From an uncultured Gammaproteobacteria bacterium (lineage in GTDB: Bacteria > Pseudomonadota > Gammaproteobacteria > JAURND01): DNA of 64,000 nt. The stretch spans positions 86,211 through 150,210 of the forward strand of contig CAVZRN010000010.1 in NCBI GenBank assembly GCA_963777715.1, given 5' to 3'. Both the position numbers and the translations under genes were made by a program. Positions 45,959 to 57,500 of the stretch are shown here, piece after piece (positions within the stretch are counted from its first letter, which is position 1; every line of letters starts with the position of its first letter). The notes beneath the pieces were generated by a model. It saw only the letters and a program-made list of their open reading frames with translations, was not told the origin of the DNA and did no database searches.

Positions 45959-46457
45959 GTGTCGTCTTAGCCATTAATAGATCGTTTAATGGGGATTCCA
46001 TGTTGTGTTGCATTTTCTCCAATAATTGATGCAGTCGTTCTTGATCCGCCAGCGTTAGTCCCTTGAATAAAAGGGCGTTTTCTTTTTCCATGGTGGCCTG
46101 GATGTGTGGGACCAAGTGTTGTTTACTGTGCGCCGTAAGCTGGATGGATAACGCACGGCGATCACCTTCCACTGCTGCGCGCACGATATAATTATTTTTT
46201 TCGAGCTCTTCCAACACGCGCGCCAGATGCGCCGCATCAATATCCGCACGATTTAACAATTCCTGTTGCGTGCAGGGGCACAATAAACTCATGTAAAACA
46301 GCACTTGCCACTGTGTTCGAGAAAGTCCCAATGGCTTTATGTCGATATCAATCAGACGCCGTTTGAGTTTTACGATTTGCGCTAATTGATAACCGATGGA
46401 ATGCGCCAGATCGGCGGACGTGGTCGGGTGTTGTTGGGGGGCTTTAGGTTTCGTCAT
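45948..46457 (-). CDS. MarR-family transcriptional regulator
   Basis: 169 aa with a winged-helix region (LSRTQWQVLFYMSLLCPCTQQELLNRADIDAAHLARVLEELEKNNYIVR). Confidence 0.85.
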   Translation of the reverse strand: MTKPKAPQQHPTTSADLAHSIGYQLAQIVKLKRRLIDIDIKPLGLSRTQWQVLFYMSLLCPCTQQELLNRADIDAAHLARVLEELEKNNYIVRAAVEGDRRALSIQLTAHSKQHLVPHIQATMEKENALLFKGLTLADQERLHQLLEKMQHNMESPLNDLLMAKTTHDK

Positions 46458-46582
46458 AAAAATTTAGTTAGTAGGGTTTTTTATGGCAGATAGTTGGGTT
46501 CTGCCGTTAAAGCGATAAGAGTAATTCAAAGAGGTATATAGTCATTACGTGAGATTGCGGAGTTTCGATTCACCTCGACGCT

Positions 46583-46745
46583 GTCATCCCCGCCGCTCAT
46601 AATTAATCAGAGGCTCCCAACAGGATAGCGGGGAACCAAGACCCAACTTAACAACAGGCTAGGTCTTTAGTATCGAAAAGCTTGGTTTTTGGGTTCCCGC
46701 TGTCTTGCTTGGTATTTTTAATAAACTTTGAGCGGCGGGAATGAC
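46583..46745. repeat. family-A 163-nt palindromic element, copy 2
   Basis: Same length and termini as 35578..35740. The ~100-nt core has one mismatch, while the sub-terminal segments diverge. Confidence 0.9.
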
Positions 46746-46994
46746 AAGCCGGGGTTATGCGCCAAAACCCCGAAATCTCAAACGCGATGACTATAATCCT
46801 GAAATAATTGTAATATACAATTATTGTATTTGTCAACAAACAGATAAACTTATATTGTATTGCGACCCACGAAGGAATGTGACGGGTGAATGCCAATTAT
46901 TGATTCAATTTGGACGAAAAAACTATTACGCACTGTTAATGTTCCCCTAATATTCCCCTGCTATACTGAAATCAAATACGCCTGAAGCGAGGAA

Positions 46995-49900
46995 ATGAAG
47001 ATGTCTAAAGAAAATAATGAAGAGAAGCAAACGGGTAGTGCTGCGCAGCAAGGAGAACTAGCGCGTGCGGAATTAGTGGCTGCTGTAGAAAAACCATTAA
47101 ATGAGCAACTGAACGCGATGGAGGTAGCGCAAGAATCTAAGTCTGAGCCTAAGCTGGCGGAGCAACTGAGTGGGGAGCAGGTGGTAACAGCATTAAGCGC
47201 TGCTGTTAAAATAGATATAAATAATGCGGCAGATGAAAAAAGCCCAGAGAAAGACGTTTTGTCCAATGCAAGAGACATAATCATTAAAACAACAGAAAAT
47301 GCCTATGACGCCATGCCTAAACCTGGGTTAAGGAGCTTTCTGATAGCGTTACATACATCATTATTGGAAGAGGATCCAGGCTATGCCGCAGCGCCGGATA
47401 AATTTGACTACATTACCCGCTGTGCGCCGCAGGTGGCTAGCAAGATTAGGAAATTATATAAAGCTAATTCTAATTACGGCGTGGAGTTGTCACAGGAGGT
47501 AGCATCTAAGTTATTCCCGAATGCGCCAGTGGAGCAAAAAGAAAAAAGTAAGGATGGGAGAATAAAGCGGCTCTATCCTATAACTAAGCTCCCGGATAAA
47601 GGGCCAGATATAGACACGCCAGAGTGGGAGGCAGAACAAGCCAGGCTGGTTGCAGAGGGGGAGGCGATAAGGGTCAGGGGAAGGGGAGGCGCACTACCAT
47701 CAACCCGCAATAAAGAGCCTAATCGACCTGCAACACCAGATGATATAAAGAGTCCTGCCATTGAATTAGTTGACATAAAGGCGCAGGACAAGGAAAAACC
47801 AATCGCCGCAGTATCTGCTGACTCCAAAAAAACATCTGAAATACCCCCACCCATCATCCCGCGTGATCGTCACGTGCGTCACAATCAACGCGAATTGTTC
47901 CTGAACCCGTGGGAAGCCAGTGTAGAGGCTGGACGTCTATTAAAACAGGGATATGCCGATAGTTTGCGCAACGATCAATATGCCGAAGGGTCGCTGTTGC
48001 AAAAGGATCTGGATTACTGTCACCGGCAATTTCGCAGCATGGATGGCGCAAATTTAGCGCCACGCAAGGAGCGCGGGAGCGAACGTCATAACGCCTATCT
48101 TGCCGAGCAGCGTAACGAATTAATCAACCTGATGAATGCGGTACAGTCGATGGCGGATGCCGCCTATGATGGCGCGCGTGCCGGTCAGCCAATCCCGGAT
48201 GCATTACATCGTGATTTATTTGCTGCACTCGACAGCGCCGAGCGCCGCCTGAAGCACATACCGCAAGATAATACAGCTACAAAGCAAGATGAAATGTCTG
48301 TCTGGAAAAGCGACATGCAAACGTCTATCCACTCTGCGCGCGCCAGTATGTTAAATGCACTGGATGCACATGTGGACTATCGGACAGATCACTGGGATAT
48401 AAGAAGGGGGGTTATGGGAGAGATAGCAACGGCTGAAGCGCGTCTTGCACGCCTGGCGGTTGCTCAAAACGATCCCGATCTGGCTAAAGCTCCACCTACG
48501 CTTCCAGCTACTACACCGAAGTGGTATGCGCGAGCCGCCAGCGCAATCGGTCGAGGCTTAAATGGATTGGCGAATGGCGTTTACTTTGTCGGCTCGATCA
48601 CTGAACCCTTGCGCCAGGTGCGCCTGTTCACACAGGGCCTGGCTGATCGCGCCACGAAATACCGGGAGCGAATGGATAAGCAGCAAGCGTTAAACCCAAG
48701 GAGCATAGGCGCAGCCCTGGGTCAGCTTGGCGCCTTTATGTTGACGCTGGCAGCCTATACCTTGCACGCCATTCCCTGGGCGAGCCAGGTTTTCACCGAA
48801 AGCGGCCGTTGGTATGAGCAGGCCAAGAGCAACTGGAATCATCCGGAAAAATCCAGATTAGTATGGGGACCCCTGATTGTTGTGGCATATGTGTGGCATA
48901 ACGCCATAGAGTTGGTCAAGCTGCCAGCCAGAGGGTTATATTCGCTTATTTCCATTGTCGCCAGTCCATTTCAGGCATGGTCGGCGACACAGCAGCTCGT
49001 CAGTCCCCCGGTTGCAAAAGCGGCAGCCAGCATGACCGAGCAAGATTTTGCCAAAGACTATGACAAGCAGCGGGGAATTCAGCGCCGCGATTTAGGTTTG
49101 AGCGTAGCGCCTGAGCCGCAACTCGAAGCAGTCGTGAGACAGACGGCGCAGCCAACTGCGGCAAAAGCAGCGTTTGATGCGCGCTTACAGGCAGTGAACA
49201 GTGCATTCGATGATCGAAGGTTGTTTGAGAAGTACAAGGATGCAAGTGGAGAGACATTTATGAGGGCTGCTGGGGATGTAGACCCATCCACCGTTGAACA
49301 GTATGTAAAACAGGATCTACGCGAGTGGTCGGATTCGGGTGAATTGCAATACCATGCTACCGTCATTGAACAGGCAGCACGTCATGCGCAAACACCCGAA
49401 AATAAATTTCAGAAAGACGCGGTAAACATACAAGTGGCGCATTTAGGACATCTGATAAAAATGCTGGATGTACTAAGTTTCCATCTACAATCGAGCAAGG
49501 TGTGGCATGACGTCAACCAGCAACAGCGTTTTGTGCAACTGTTAACCGACATCGTGACGAAGGCTGATAAGGTCGTGTTTGATTTAAGGAAATCGGGTTA
49601 TACCATCGATACAAATACTGCAGAGCGTTTAAAAAAATACGAACAATCTGCATTCAGCTATTTACCCGAAGTTCCGCGCATCGTGCGTGAAATAACGCGA
49701 CTACGCGATGACGGAGAAAACCCTCTTGATCGTCACCAGCGCGTGATGTTTGTGCTGGAGCGCGCACAGCAGCTCCTGGATCGTCGGGATGACACAAACA
49801 AGACAAATCCTGATCCAGCGGAGATGTTGGAGATGCGTTACCTGCTGACCAGCCAACGTCAGCAGCACTATGACGATCTGCTGGGCGCAGAGAAATATTT

Positions 49901-51596
49901 CGAAAAAACTAACCAACTACCCTGGTTATTGAGCGCGTTGTACGAAACGGATCCAACACGGTTTAAGAGCGAGGCAAATGATCAAAATAGTGAGTTGTCT
50001 AAATTGGTAGATATGCAGGCGAGAAGGGAACTACCACCTGATGAAAAGTCGCTGGATAGGCCTGCCGTGCTGGAAGCAGCAAAAGAGTTGTTGCCGTCGT
50101 TAAGAAAGGAAAGGATATATGTGCGAACGAAGGAAGGACCAGGAATTAGAAGAGAAGAGTTCATCGAGCCTATAGAAAAGCGCGGCTACTTCATGCGTCG
50201 TGAGCGCGCAGGTAAGCCATTGTCCATAGATGGAGTGACGTGGAAACCTGAAAAAATAGAGCTGCAGGAAGAAATCAACAATTACCAGCAGAAGATAGCA
50301 AATATAAAGGCGAAGCTGGAAGTAGGGCGCGGCGAGCAAGCACCCAAAAAGCAAATAGAAGTAAAAGAAGAGAAGCTGAAATCTGAAACATCTGAAACAA
50401 TAAAGTTGCGGGAAGAAATCAACAGCTATCAGGATCAGATAGCAGCTATAACAGCGCAGCTGAAAGAAGAACAGAAAAAACAAACGCCCAAAAATCAAAT
50501 AGAAATAAAAGAACAGAAGCAGCAGCCATCGATTTTGCCGACCCCGCCATCTTCGCAACCAACGGTAACACCATTACCAATACAACGGCCCAAGCTGGCG
50601 GAAGAACCTAAAATGCCGGGGCCTGCTGTTGAATCAAAAACAGAGGTCAAACAAACATCACCTCCAAAACAACCATCCAGCGCTAGACATATTATGGGAG
50701 CCATATTAGGAGTAACTAAAGCTCGCAAAATAAATGCAGAAGCTGGCAAAATAAATGCAGATATTAATCAGTACATTAGTACAGAGATGGTCAAGATACG
50801 TGAGACAAACGATAAGTTGCTCGCGGCTTTTCCGAAATTGGATGATAAAAGTGTGAATTCTCCTAATGATAAACTGCTGAAAAATGCAGAAACAATATTG
50901 GATAATCTGCAGAAAGTAATAGATAAAAGAAATACATTTAACTCCAAGACGAGCAACGGCAAGTCCCTGGATCAATTAGACTTTGATAAATTTGATCAGG
51001 AATTCGAAAACCTGCTTAAACCATCAAGACAAGCATTAAAAGAACTTAATAAATATAGCCAATATGTACAGCAAACATGTGCAGCGATAAAAACAGATGA
51101 TTTATCGGAAAAAGAGAAATTGCAAAAATATAAAGAGGTAGTGCAGGTAGGAAGGGTTTTTGCTAAGTTTGAAAAAATAAAAACAAATTTGATGCAGAAT
51201 GACAATACAGTGTTTAATCAAAGTGTTCCTGAATTTGCATCAATTGATGCAGGCGCTGTTCAATCGTGGATACAGAGTGCGCGATTTTTCCTTGAGAGAA
51301 GTATGGAAGCTAATCCTGATTCTCTCGATGAAATAAAAAGAATAGATGCTGGAATTAAAACAGCTAAATCAGCACAAAGGCCAGAATCATCTTCCCCGTT
51401 GGGGATCATTTCAAGTGCGTCAGAGCTGCGATTAGCTGCGCAACAAGCCTCGAACAGAACCAAACCTTCAGCCGGATTTTTTGGGCACCGTGAGCAACCA
51501 CCATCATCACAGTCGTTGGATAATAAACATCAAAAACCTCAAGGTGAGGCGCCTGATAGTAATAATAACAACCCAGAAGGTCCTCCAACAACATAA
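46995..51596 (+). CDS. very large hypothetical protein (candidate secretion substrate)
   Basis: 1533 aa with the RBS gaggaa. I recognised no enzymatic motif. A central pair of hydrophobic helices lies at DNA ~48700-48930, a 144-nt tandem duplication at 50268..50525, and the tail is Pro/Ser/Asn-rich. Confidence 0.7.
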   Translation: MKMSKENNEEKQTGSAAQQGELARAELVAAVEKPLNEQLNAMEVAQESKSEPKLAEQLSGEQVVTALSAAVKIDINNAADEKSPEKDVLSNARDIIIKTTENAYDAMPKPGLRSFLIALHTSLLEEDPGYAAAPDKFDYITRCAPQVASKIRKLYKANSNYGVELSQEVASKLFPNAPVEQKEKSKDGRIKRLYPITKLPDKGPDIDTPEWEAEQARLVAEGEAIRVRGRGGALPSTRNKEPNRPATPDDIKSPAIELVDIKAQDKEKPIAAVSADSKKTSEIPPPIIPRDRHVRHNQRELFLNPWEASVEAGRLLKQGYADSLRNDQYAEGSLLQKDLDYCHRQFRSMDGANLAPRKERGSERHNAYLAEQRNELINLMNAVQSMADAAYDGARAGQPIPDALHRDLFAALDSAERRLKHIPQDNTATKQDEMSVWKSDMQTSIHSARASMLNALDAHVDYRTDHWDIRRGVMGEIATAEARLARLAVAQNDPDLAKAPPTLPATTPKWYARAASAIGRGLNGLANGVYFVGSITEPLRQVRLFTQGLADRATKYRERMDKQQALNPRSIGAALGQLGAFMLTLAAYTLHAIPWASQVFTESGRWYEQAKSNWNHPEKSRLVWGPLIVVAYVWHNAIELVKLPARGLYSLISIVASPFQAWSATQQLVSPPVAKAAASMTEQDFAKDYDKQRGIQRRDLGLSVAPEPQLEAVVRQTAQPTAAKAAFDARLQAVNSAFDDRRLFEKYKDASGETFMRAAGDVDPSTVEQYVKQDLREWSDSGELQYHATVIEQAARHAQTPENKFQKDAVNIQVAHLGHLIKMLDVLSFHLQSSKVWHDVNQQQRFVQLLTDIVTKADKVVFDLRKSGYTIDTNTAERLKKYEQSAFSYLPEVPRIVREITRLRDDGENPLDRHQRVMFVLERAQQLLDRRDDTNKTNPDPAEMLEMRYLLTSQRQQHYDDLLGAEKYFEKTNQLPWLLSALYETDPTRFKSEANDQNSELSKLVDMQARRELPPDEKSLDRPAVLEAAKELLPSLRKERIYVRTKEGPGIRREEFIEPIEKRGYFMRRERAGKPLSIDGVTWKPEKIELQEEINNYQQKIANIKAKLEVGRGEQAPKKQIEVKEEKLKSETSETIKLREEINSYQDQIAAITAQLKEEQKKQTPKNQIEIKEQKQQPSILPTPPSSQPTVTPLPIQRPKLAEEPKMPGPAVESKTEVKQTSPPKQPSSARHIMGAILGVTKARKINAEAGKINADINQYISTEMVKIRETNDKLLAAFPKLDDKSVNSPNDKLLKNAETILDNLQKVIDKRNTFNSKTSNGKSLDQLDFDKFDQEFENLLKPSRQALKELNKYSQYVQQTCAAIKTDDLSEKEKLQKYKEVVQVGRVFAKFEKIKTNLMQNDNTVFNQSVPEFASIDAGAVQSWIQSARFFLERSMEANPDSLDEIKRIDAGIKTAKSAQRPESSSPLGIISSASELRLAAQQASNRTKPSAGFFGHREQPPSSQSLDNKHQKPQGEAPDSNNNNPEGPPTT

Positions 51597-51677
51597 TCAA
51601 GAGTATAGTCGTCGCGTTTAAGACTGTGGGGTTTGGCAGTTACGCTGGTTGATTGCTTACGCAACGCGAATGGCACA

Positions 51678-51790
51678 AAGCCCCTGGGAGCGCGGACGGC
51701 TCGTCCGCATGTAGGGGCTGGCCTTGTGCCTGCCCGTAAAAGATTCGGGCAACCACAAGGGTTGCCCCTACAGCGCTCCTAGGGGCTTTA
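51678..51790. repeat. composite family-D/family-C palindromic repeat
   Basis: aaagcccctgggagcgcggacggctcgtccgcat is followed by the family-C core (51711..51771) and then cagcgctcctaggggcttt. Confidence 0.8.
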
Positions 51791-51842
51791 CGCCATCTAT
51801 AGGATTGGTTGATATGCACCAAACCTTCCACGTAGACATTAT

Positions 51843-52481
51843 TCAGCTCGATGAATTTTTGAATTCTCTTATGCCATGATGTATTTGCTGCGGTAGGTTG
51901 TAATAGTCTTGTATAGTTTTAAAAAGCCATTCGCGTTCAGCATTATTTGCAGAAATGCCAAGATAATATTTTTTCTCCTGATCGTATACTGTTAATACTA
52001 TATAAACAATACTCAGCTTGGTTAACGCTAAAGTTTTTAATTTTAAGTAGTTAATTTCTGTCCTGATTCTTTTTTGGAATAGAATCCGGAAAAATATCGG
52101 TAATGGCGCACGCCTTGTGGTGAATGAAGGTAAAAAGAGTGGTGGTAGTTGGGTAATGCCGGAATCGTATTGTAAACTTTGTTGTGATAACGTTATAGTT
52201 TCTGGGAGTATGGTTTTAAAATTTCTAAATAATAAAAAAATAAGATATAGAATAATTATAGGTTGAATAGCTAAATATAGTAATAAATTAAGATGATTGG
52301 TGTTTTTGAGAAATTCACTTCCTAATAATTTACATAAGAATGCCAGGGTGAAAATAGCTAAGATTATAAATATAGTATTCAAAACTCTGCGCATTATCGA
52401 TGTGGAACACGGTATGGTGATCTTGGGGTCACCATTTTCATAAGTAATTTTTATTTTTGATCCAACAGGCGGTTCAAGCAT
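51843..52481 (-). CDS. extremely AT-rich polytopic membrane protein, unknown function
   Basis: About 212 aa from MLEPPVGSK; the longer ORF-track start would overlap rnr. It has several hydrophobic helices. G+C is 10/60 in the line starting 52201. Confidence 0.5.
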   Translation of the reverse strand: MLEPPVGSKIKITYENGDPKITIPCSTSIMRRVLNTIFIILAIFTLAFLCKLLGSEFLKNTNHLNLLLYLAIQPIIILYLIFLLFRNFKTILPETITLSQQSLQYDSGITQLPPLFLPSFTTRRAPLPIFFRILFQKRIRTEINYLKLKTLALTKLSIVYIVLTVYDQEKKYYLGISANNAEREWLFKTIQDYYNLPQQIHHGIREFKNSSS

Positions 52482-52500
52482 AATTTTCTCCGCGGACAAA

Positions 52501-54693
52501 TTAACTTTGTTTAGCCTTTTTCTTCTTAACCACCAACTCAAAATCCAACTCGCGCTCATCGGGATTTACCTTCGCAACGAGAACGCGAAGCGGATCGCCC
52601 AGACGGTAAACGGTGCCGGTGCGTTTGCCGCGCAACAGATGTTTGGTCGGCTCATGATGATAATAATCATCGCGCAGGGCGGTGATATGCACCAAGCCTT
52701 CGACGTAAATATTATTTAACTCGACGAATACGCCAAAGCCAGTGACACCGGTGATGATGCCATCAAACTCTTGTCCCAATTTATCCTGCATGTAATAGCA
52801 TTTCAGCCAACTGGTCGCATCGCGTGTGGCCTCATCGGCGCGACGTTCGGTAAACGAGCAATGCTCGCCAAACGTAACCAAGGTAGCATGATCGTAATTA
52901 GGACTATTTTTTTTCTGAGATTTCAATTGTTGGCGGATTGCACGATGTATTAATAAATCAGGATAACGGCGAATAGGTGAGGTGAAGTGTGTATAACTTT
53001 CATATGCCAAGCCAAAGTGACCGCCATTATCTGGCGAATACACCGCTTGCATTAATGAGCGCAATAATACAGTTTGAATCAAGTGCGCATCAGTGCGGTT
53101 TGTCGCTTGCTTGAGTAATTTCTGAAAATCTTGCGGAGATGGTTTATCGCCGCCGCCCAGTTGCAATCCCACCCCCTTGAGAAAATCGCGTAGGCGTTCT
53201 AGTTTTTCGAGATTGGGGGTTTCATGAACACGATATAACATCCTTGCCTGGTGCTGCTCTAAAAATTGCGCCGTCGCCACATTCGCCATCAACATACATT
53301 CTTCGATCAGGCGGTGTGCTTCGTTACGCACTGTGGGGACAATCGCTTGTATCTTTTGGTCCTTGCCGAAAATAATCCGCGTTTCCGTGGTTTCAAAATC
53401 CAGCGCGCCACGCACTTGCCGTTGCGCGAACATTTTTTGATAGACTTTGTAAAGATCTTGTAAGTGCGGCAATAGTCCCATTTGGGTTTTTTTCTCACCG
53501 GCCAGCATGGCGGCAACTTCGGTGTAAGTTAAGCGCGCACGTGAGCGCATGACCGCGTCATATAATGTAGATTTGAGTAATTCACCTGCGCTGTTGATGT
53601 GCATGTCACACACCATACACAAACGATCAACCTGTGGTTTTAATGAGCACAGTTCATTGGATAACAATTCCGGCAACATGGGGATCACGCGACCGGGAAA
53701 ATACACGGAATTTCCACGGTTATATGCTTCTTTATCCAATGTGCTATTGGGTAATATGTAGTGACTGACATCGGCAATAGCAACAATGAGACGGAAGCTG
53801 CCATCTGGATGGCTACTACAAAAAACAGCATCGTCAAAATCCTTAGCGTCTTCGCCATCGATGGTGACCAGGGCAAGGTCGCGAATATCGGTGCGGCCTT
53901 GTTTATCCATCTCGGTAACTTCCACACCAAGGCGCGAAATTTCTTCGGTAACCTCATCGGGCCATTGGTGGGGAATTCCATGGGTGCGAATGGCGACATC
54001 AATTTCCATGCCAGGCGATAGATGCTCGCCGATAATTTCTACTACGCGTGCAGTGGCCTGGCGTCGTGCTGTGGGATAGGTAATGAGTTCTACCGCGACG
54101 AATTGCCCGTTTTTTGCTGCACCCTGCTCACCGGGTAGAATTAGAATATCTTGCGTAATATCTTTGTGATGCGGTTGTAAAAAGGCGACGTGTTTTTCCT
54201 CAAAATAGCGCCCGACGATACGTTGCGTACGGCGCTCTAATATCTCAACAATCACGGCTTCACGCTTGCCGCGGCTGCCGTTGACGATGCGCGCTAATAC
54301 GCGGTCTCCCGGTAATAGCGAGCGCATTTGATAGGGGGAAATAAAGGCATCGCCATTCTTGTCATCAGGGATTAAAAAACCAAAACCGTCCTTATGGCCA
54401 ACGATGCGGCCACGGGTTAACTCTAATTGATCGACCAATGCGTACTTGCCACGACGGTTGCGGATTAATTGCCCGGCGCGTTCCATCGCCACCAGACGTC
54501 GGCGTAACGCCTCGGTTGCATCAGGATCTTTCAAGTCGAATAAGGAGAGGAGTACTTCGCCAGAGGTTGGCTCGCCCAATTCATCCAAACATTGCATGAT
54601 AAATTCGCGACTGGGAATGGGATCAGGGTATTTCTCGCATTCGCGGGCGTAGTAGGGATCGTGCTTGCGGTAGTTTTTAAATTTTTTCGACAT
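52501..54693 (-). CDS. rnr: ribonuclease R
   Basis: About 730 aa. Contains an RNB domain (DFDDAV...SPIRRYPDL), a cold-shock-like N-terminus, a C-terminal S1 domain ([15 protein letters not shown]) and a Lys-rich tail. Confidence 0.93.
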   Translation of the reverse strand: MSKKFKNYRKHDPYYARECEKYPDPIPSREFIMQCLDELGEPTSGEVLLSLFDLKDPDATEALRRRLVAMERAGQLIRNRRGKYALVDQLELTRGRIVGHKDGFGFLIPDDKNGDAFISPYQMRSLLPGDRVLARIVNGSRGKREAVIVEILERRTQRIVGRYFEEKHVAFLQPHHKDITQDILILPGEQGAAKNGQFVAVELITYPTARRQATARVVEIIGEHLSPGMEIDVAIRTHGIPHQWPDEVTEEISRLGVEVTEMDKQGRTDIRDLALVTIDGEDAKDFDDAVFCSSHPDGSFRLIVAIADVSHYILPNSTLDKEAYNRGNSVYFPGRVIPMLPELLSNELCSLKPQVDRLCMVCDMHINSAGELLKSTLYDAVMRSRARLTYTEVAAMLAGEKKTQMGLLPHLQDLYKVYQKMFAQRQVRGALDFETTETRIIFGKDQKIQAIVPTVRNEAHRLIEECMLMANVATAQFLEQHQARMLYRVHETPNLEKLERLRDFLKGVGLQLGGGDKPSPQDFQKLLKQATNRTDAHLIQTVLLRSLMQAVYSPDNGGHFGLAYESYTHFTSPIRRYPDLLIHRAIRQQLKSQKKNSPNYDHATLVTFGEHCSFTERRADEATRDATSWLKCYYMQDKLGQEFDGIITGVTGFGVFVELNNIYVEGLVHITALRDDYYHHEPTKHLLRGKRTGTVYRLGDPLRVLVAKVNPDERELDFELVVKKKKAKQS

Positions 54694-56473
54694 GTAGTTT
54701 TTCTTTGTTAGGTGTGACAAGGCGTATGCCTAGCTCTTTAAGCTGCGCATCGCTGACTTCGCTTGGTGCAGAAGTTAGCGGACATTGCGCGCGTTGTGTT
54801 TTGGGAAATGCGATCACTTCACGAATGGAAGAAGCGCCAGTCATTAACATGGCAACGCGATCCATACCAAGGGCTAAACCACCGTGTGGCGGGCAGCCGA
54901 AGCGGAAGGCATTTAACAGGTGCGAAAATTTTTCTTCCGCTTCGCGTGGGCTGATGCCAAGAATATCAAATATCGTGCGCTGCATGGCGGCATCATGAAT
55001 ACGAATGGAGCCACCGCCCAATTCCGAGCCGTTAAGCACTAAATCGTAGGCATCAGATAACATAGCGCCAGGATTTGCTCTAACATTTACAGGATCAGAA
55101 TCCTTGGGTGAGGTAAATGGGTGATGCGGTGATTGCCAGCGTTTTTCTTTTTCATCCCATTCAAATAACGGGAAATCCACCACCCAGACAAAGCGCCAAC
55201 CGTGTTCAATTAATTGGCGATCATGACCCAGTCGAATGCGTAAGGCACTTAAGGAATCATTCACCACCTTCGCCTTATCCGCACCGAAAAATACCAGGTC
55301 ACCATCCTGTGCGTCGACGCGTTGCATGATTTGTAAAATGACATCGTGTGGCAAGAATTTTAAAATTGGCGACTGTAAGCCTTCCACGCCGGCGCTGACG
55401 CTATTTACCTTAATGTAGGCCAAACCCTTCGCGCCCAGGCTGCCGACTAATTGGGTATAGTCGTCAATTTCCTTGCGCGATAGCGTGGCGCCTTCTGGCA
55501 CACGTAATGCTACCACGCGGCTATCGGGATCATTGGCCGCTTGCGCAAATACTTTAAATTCCACCTCGCGTAGCAAATCGGCAACATCGACAAATTCCAG
55601 CGGGATGCGTAAGTCAGGGCGATCGATGCCAAAACGGCGGATGGCTTCTGCATACGTCATATGGGGAAATGGGTTGGGTAGCGCGACATCCAGTAACTCG
55701 CTAAATAATTCACGCACCATCGCTTCAATCAATTGGATTACGGCTGCCTGATCGACGAAGGACATTTCCAAATCTAACTGGGTAAATTCAGGTTGACGAT
55801 CAGCACGTAAATCTTCGTCGCGAAAACAGCGCACGATTTGATAGTAACGATCCATGCCCGCCACCATTAATAACTGCTTAAATATTTGCGGTGATTGTGG
55901 CAGCGCGTAAAAACTACCCGGGTAAACGCGACTGGGGACTAAATAGTCACGTGCGCCTTCGGGTGTGGACTTGGTTAGAAATGGCGTTTCTATTTCTAAA
56001 AAATCATGGTGATTTAAATAATTGCGAATTTTCTGATTCAGCCGTGCGCGGAAACGCAAACGCTCGGATAATTCTTCGCGGCGTATGTCGAGATAGCGAT
56101 ATTGCAAGCGGACTTCTTCGCTGATTTCGGTGTATTCATCGATGCGAAATGGCGTGGGTTCGGAGGTGTTTAAAATAGTGATGTTATCAGCGATCACTTC
56201 AACATGGCCGGTCTTCAGCTTCTCGTTAACCGTCCCGGCTGGACGATGCCGCACGCGGCCGGTTACCTTTATCACGTATTCATTGCGCACGGTTTCGGCA
56301 ATGGGAAATGCACTGCTTTCTGGGTTAAACACCACTTGCACACGACCCTCGCGGTCACGCACATCGAGAAAAATAACGCCACCGTGGTCGCGACGGCGAT
56401 GTACCCAGCCGCACAGTTCCACCGTTTGATCGATTAAGGATTCGTTAACATCGCCACAATAATGAGTACGCAT
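54677..56473 (-). CDS. aspS: aspartate--tRNA ligase
   Basis: 598 aa with class IIb motifs ([34 protein letters not shown]). Confidence 0.95.
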   Translation of the reverse strand: MRTHYCGDVNESLIDQTVELCGWVHRRRDHGGVIFLDVRDREGRVQVVFNPESSAFPIAETVRNEYVIKVTGRVRHRPAGTVNEKLKTGHVEVIADNITILNTSEPTPFRIDEYTEISEEVRLQYRYLDIRREELSERLRFRARLNQKIRNYLNHHDFLEIETPFLTKSTPEGARDYLVPSRVYPGSFYALPQSPQIFKQLLMVAGMDRYYQIVRCFRDEDLRADRQPEFTQLDLEMSFVDQAAVIQLIEAMVRELFSELLDVALPNPFPHMTYAEAIRRFGIDRPDLRIPLEFVDVADLLREVEFKVFAQAANDPDSRVVALRVPEGATLSRKEIDDYTQLVGSLGAKGLAYIKVNSVSAGVEGLQSPILKFLPHDVILQIMQRVDAQDGDLVFFGADKAKVVNDSLSALRIRLGHDRQLIEHGWRFVWVVDFPLFEWDEKEKRWQSPHHPFTSPKDSDPVNVRANPGAMLSDAYDLVLNGSELGGGSIRIHDAAMQRTIFDILGISPREAEEKFSHLLNAFRFGCPPHGGLALGMDRVAMLMTGASSIREVIAFPKTQRAQCPLTSAPSEVSDAQLKELGIRLVTPNKEKLHVEKI

Positions 56474-56542
56474 AGGATTTTTAAGTGATAAGGTTTATAG
56501 TTAGTATTTAGTAGGTATAGTACCTTAGAAACAGGTAACCTG

Positions 56543-57499
56543 TCATGCAGCGGTAAAGCTTATTACCTCGGCAATGGAAGTTGCCTGTGTGGCCAGCATC
56601 ACCAGCCGATCAATGCCAAGTGCAATACCGGCGCAATCGGGCAAGCCATGCGCCAATGCAGCAATTAACGCATTATCCAGCGGAATTTGCGGCAAGCCCA
56701 GGGCAGCGCGACGTTGATTATCCAGCTGGAAACGGTGGCGTTGCTCATCAGGATTGCCTAGCTCGTGATAAGCATTCGCCAACTCGATGCCACGGAAATA
56801 CACCTCAAAGCGTTCGGCTACCGGGGGATTACCCGGGCGAATTCTGGCCAATGCCGCTTGTGATGCTGGATAATCGGTAATAAAAATCGGACGCAACTGA
56901 CCGATATGTGGTTCGATATAATGCATCATTAATAGTTGCCGCCAAAAATCCACGTCCTCCATATGCGCATTTTTGGGGATCGATATGGCGCGTTGCTGCG
57001 CACGCGCTGCCAGCGTTGACGCACTGGCAGTATGGGGATCAACGCCAACAAAGTGTTGGAATAATTGTGCATACGTCACTCGCTCTGCAGATATAGTATC
57101 CAGGATGAGCTTTAATAACTCATCCACCTCGTCCATCAACTGATGGTGATCGAAACCAACGCGATACCACTCTAGCATGGTGAATTCGCTATTATGGAAG
57201 CGCCCATTTTCCTCGGCGCGAAACGCCTTGCAGATTTGGTAAATGCTGCCACTGCCAGCAGCCAGCAGGCGCTTCATCGGAAATTCAGGAGAGGTTTGTA
57301 AGTAGGGTGGGTGCTGATGCTGATTGACTTCCGCAACCATTAAGCTATCAATAAAGGGATTGGTGGCGGTGCTGTGTCCCAACAACGGCGTTTCCACCTC
57401 CATCACGTGACGATCAAGAAAAAATTGCCGGATCGTTGCCAGGATAGCTGCGCGCTGTTGCAGATTTTGTCGTGATGCAGTTGGTTGCCACGCAGTCAT
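56543..57499 (-). CDS. epmA: EF-P lysine-34 lysyltransferase (PoxA/GenX)
   Basis: 318 aa. This is a truncated class-II LysRS-like core lacking an anticodon domain (YLQTSPEFPMKRLL, FRAEE, GIALGIDRL). Confidence 0.88.
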   Translation of the reverse strand: MTAWQPTASRQNLQQRAAILATIRQFFLDRHVMEVETPLLGHSTATNPFIDSLMVAEVNQHQHPPYLQTSPEFPMKRLLAAGSGSIYQICKAFRAEENGRFHNSEFTMLEWYRVGFDHHQLMDEVDELLKLILDTISAERVTYAQLFQHFVGVDPHTASASTLAARAQQRAISIPKNAHMEDVDFWRQLLMMHYIEPHIGQLRPIFITDYPASQAALARIRPGNPPVAERFEVYFRGIELANAYHELGNPDEQRHRFQLDNQRRAALGLPQIPLDNALIAALAHGLPDCAGIALGIDRLVMLATQATSIAEVISFTAA

Positions 57500-57500
57500 G

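Noticed and set aside
46648-46950. ORFs 46648..46896 (-) and 46741..46950 (+) upstream of the 1533-aa gene.
   Set aside because: They start or end inside the family-A repeat and an AT-rich promoter region, and their sequences are low-complexity. They are probably non-coding.
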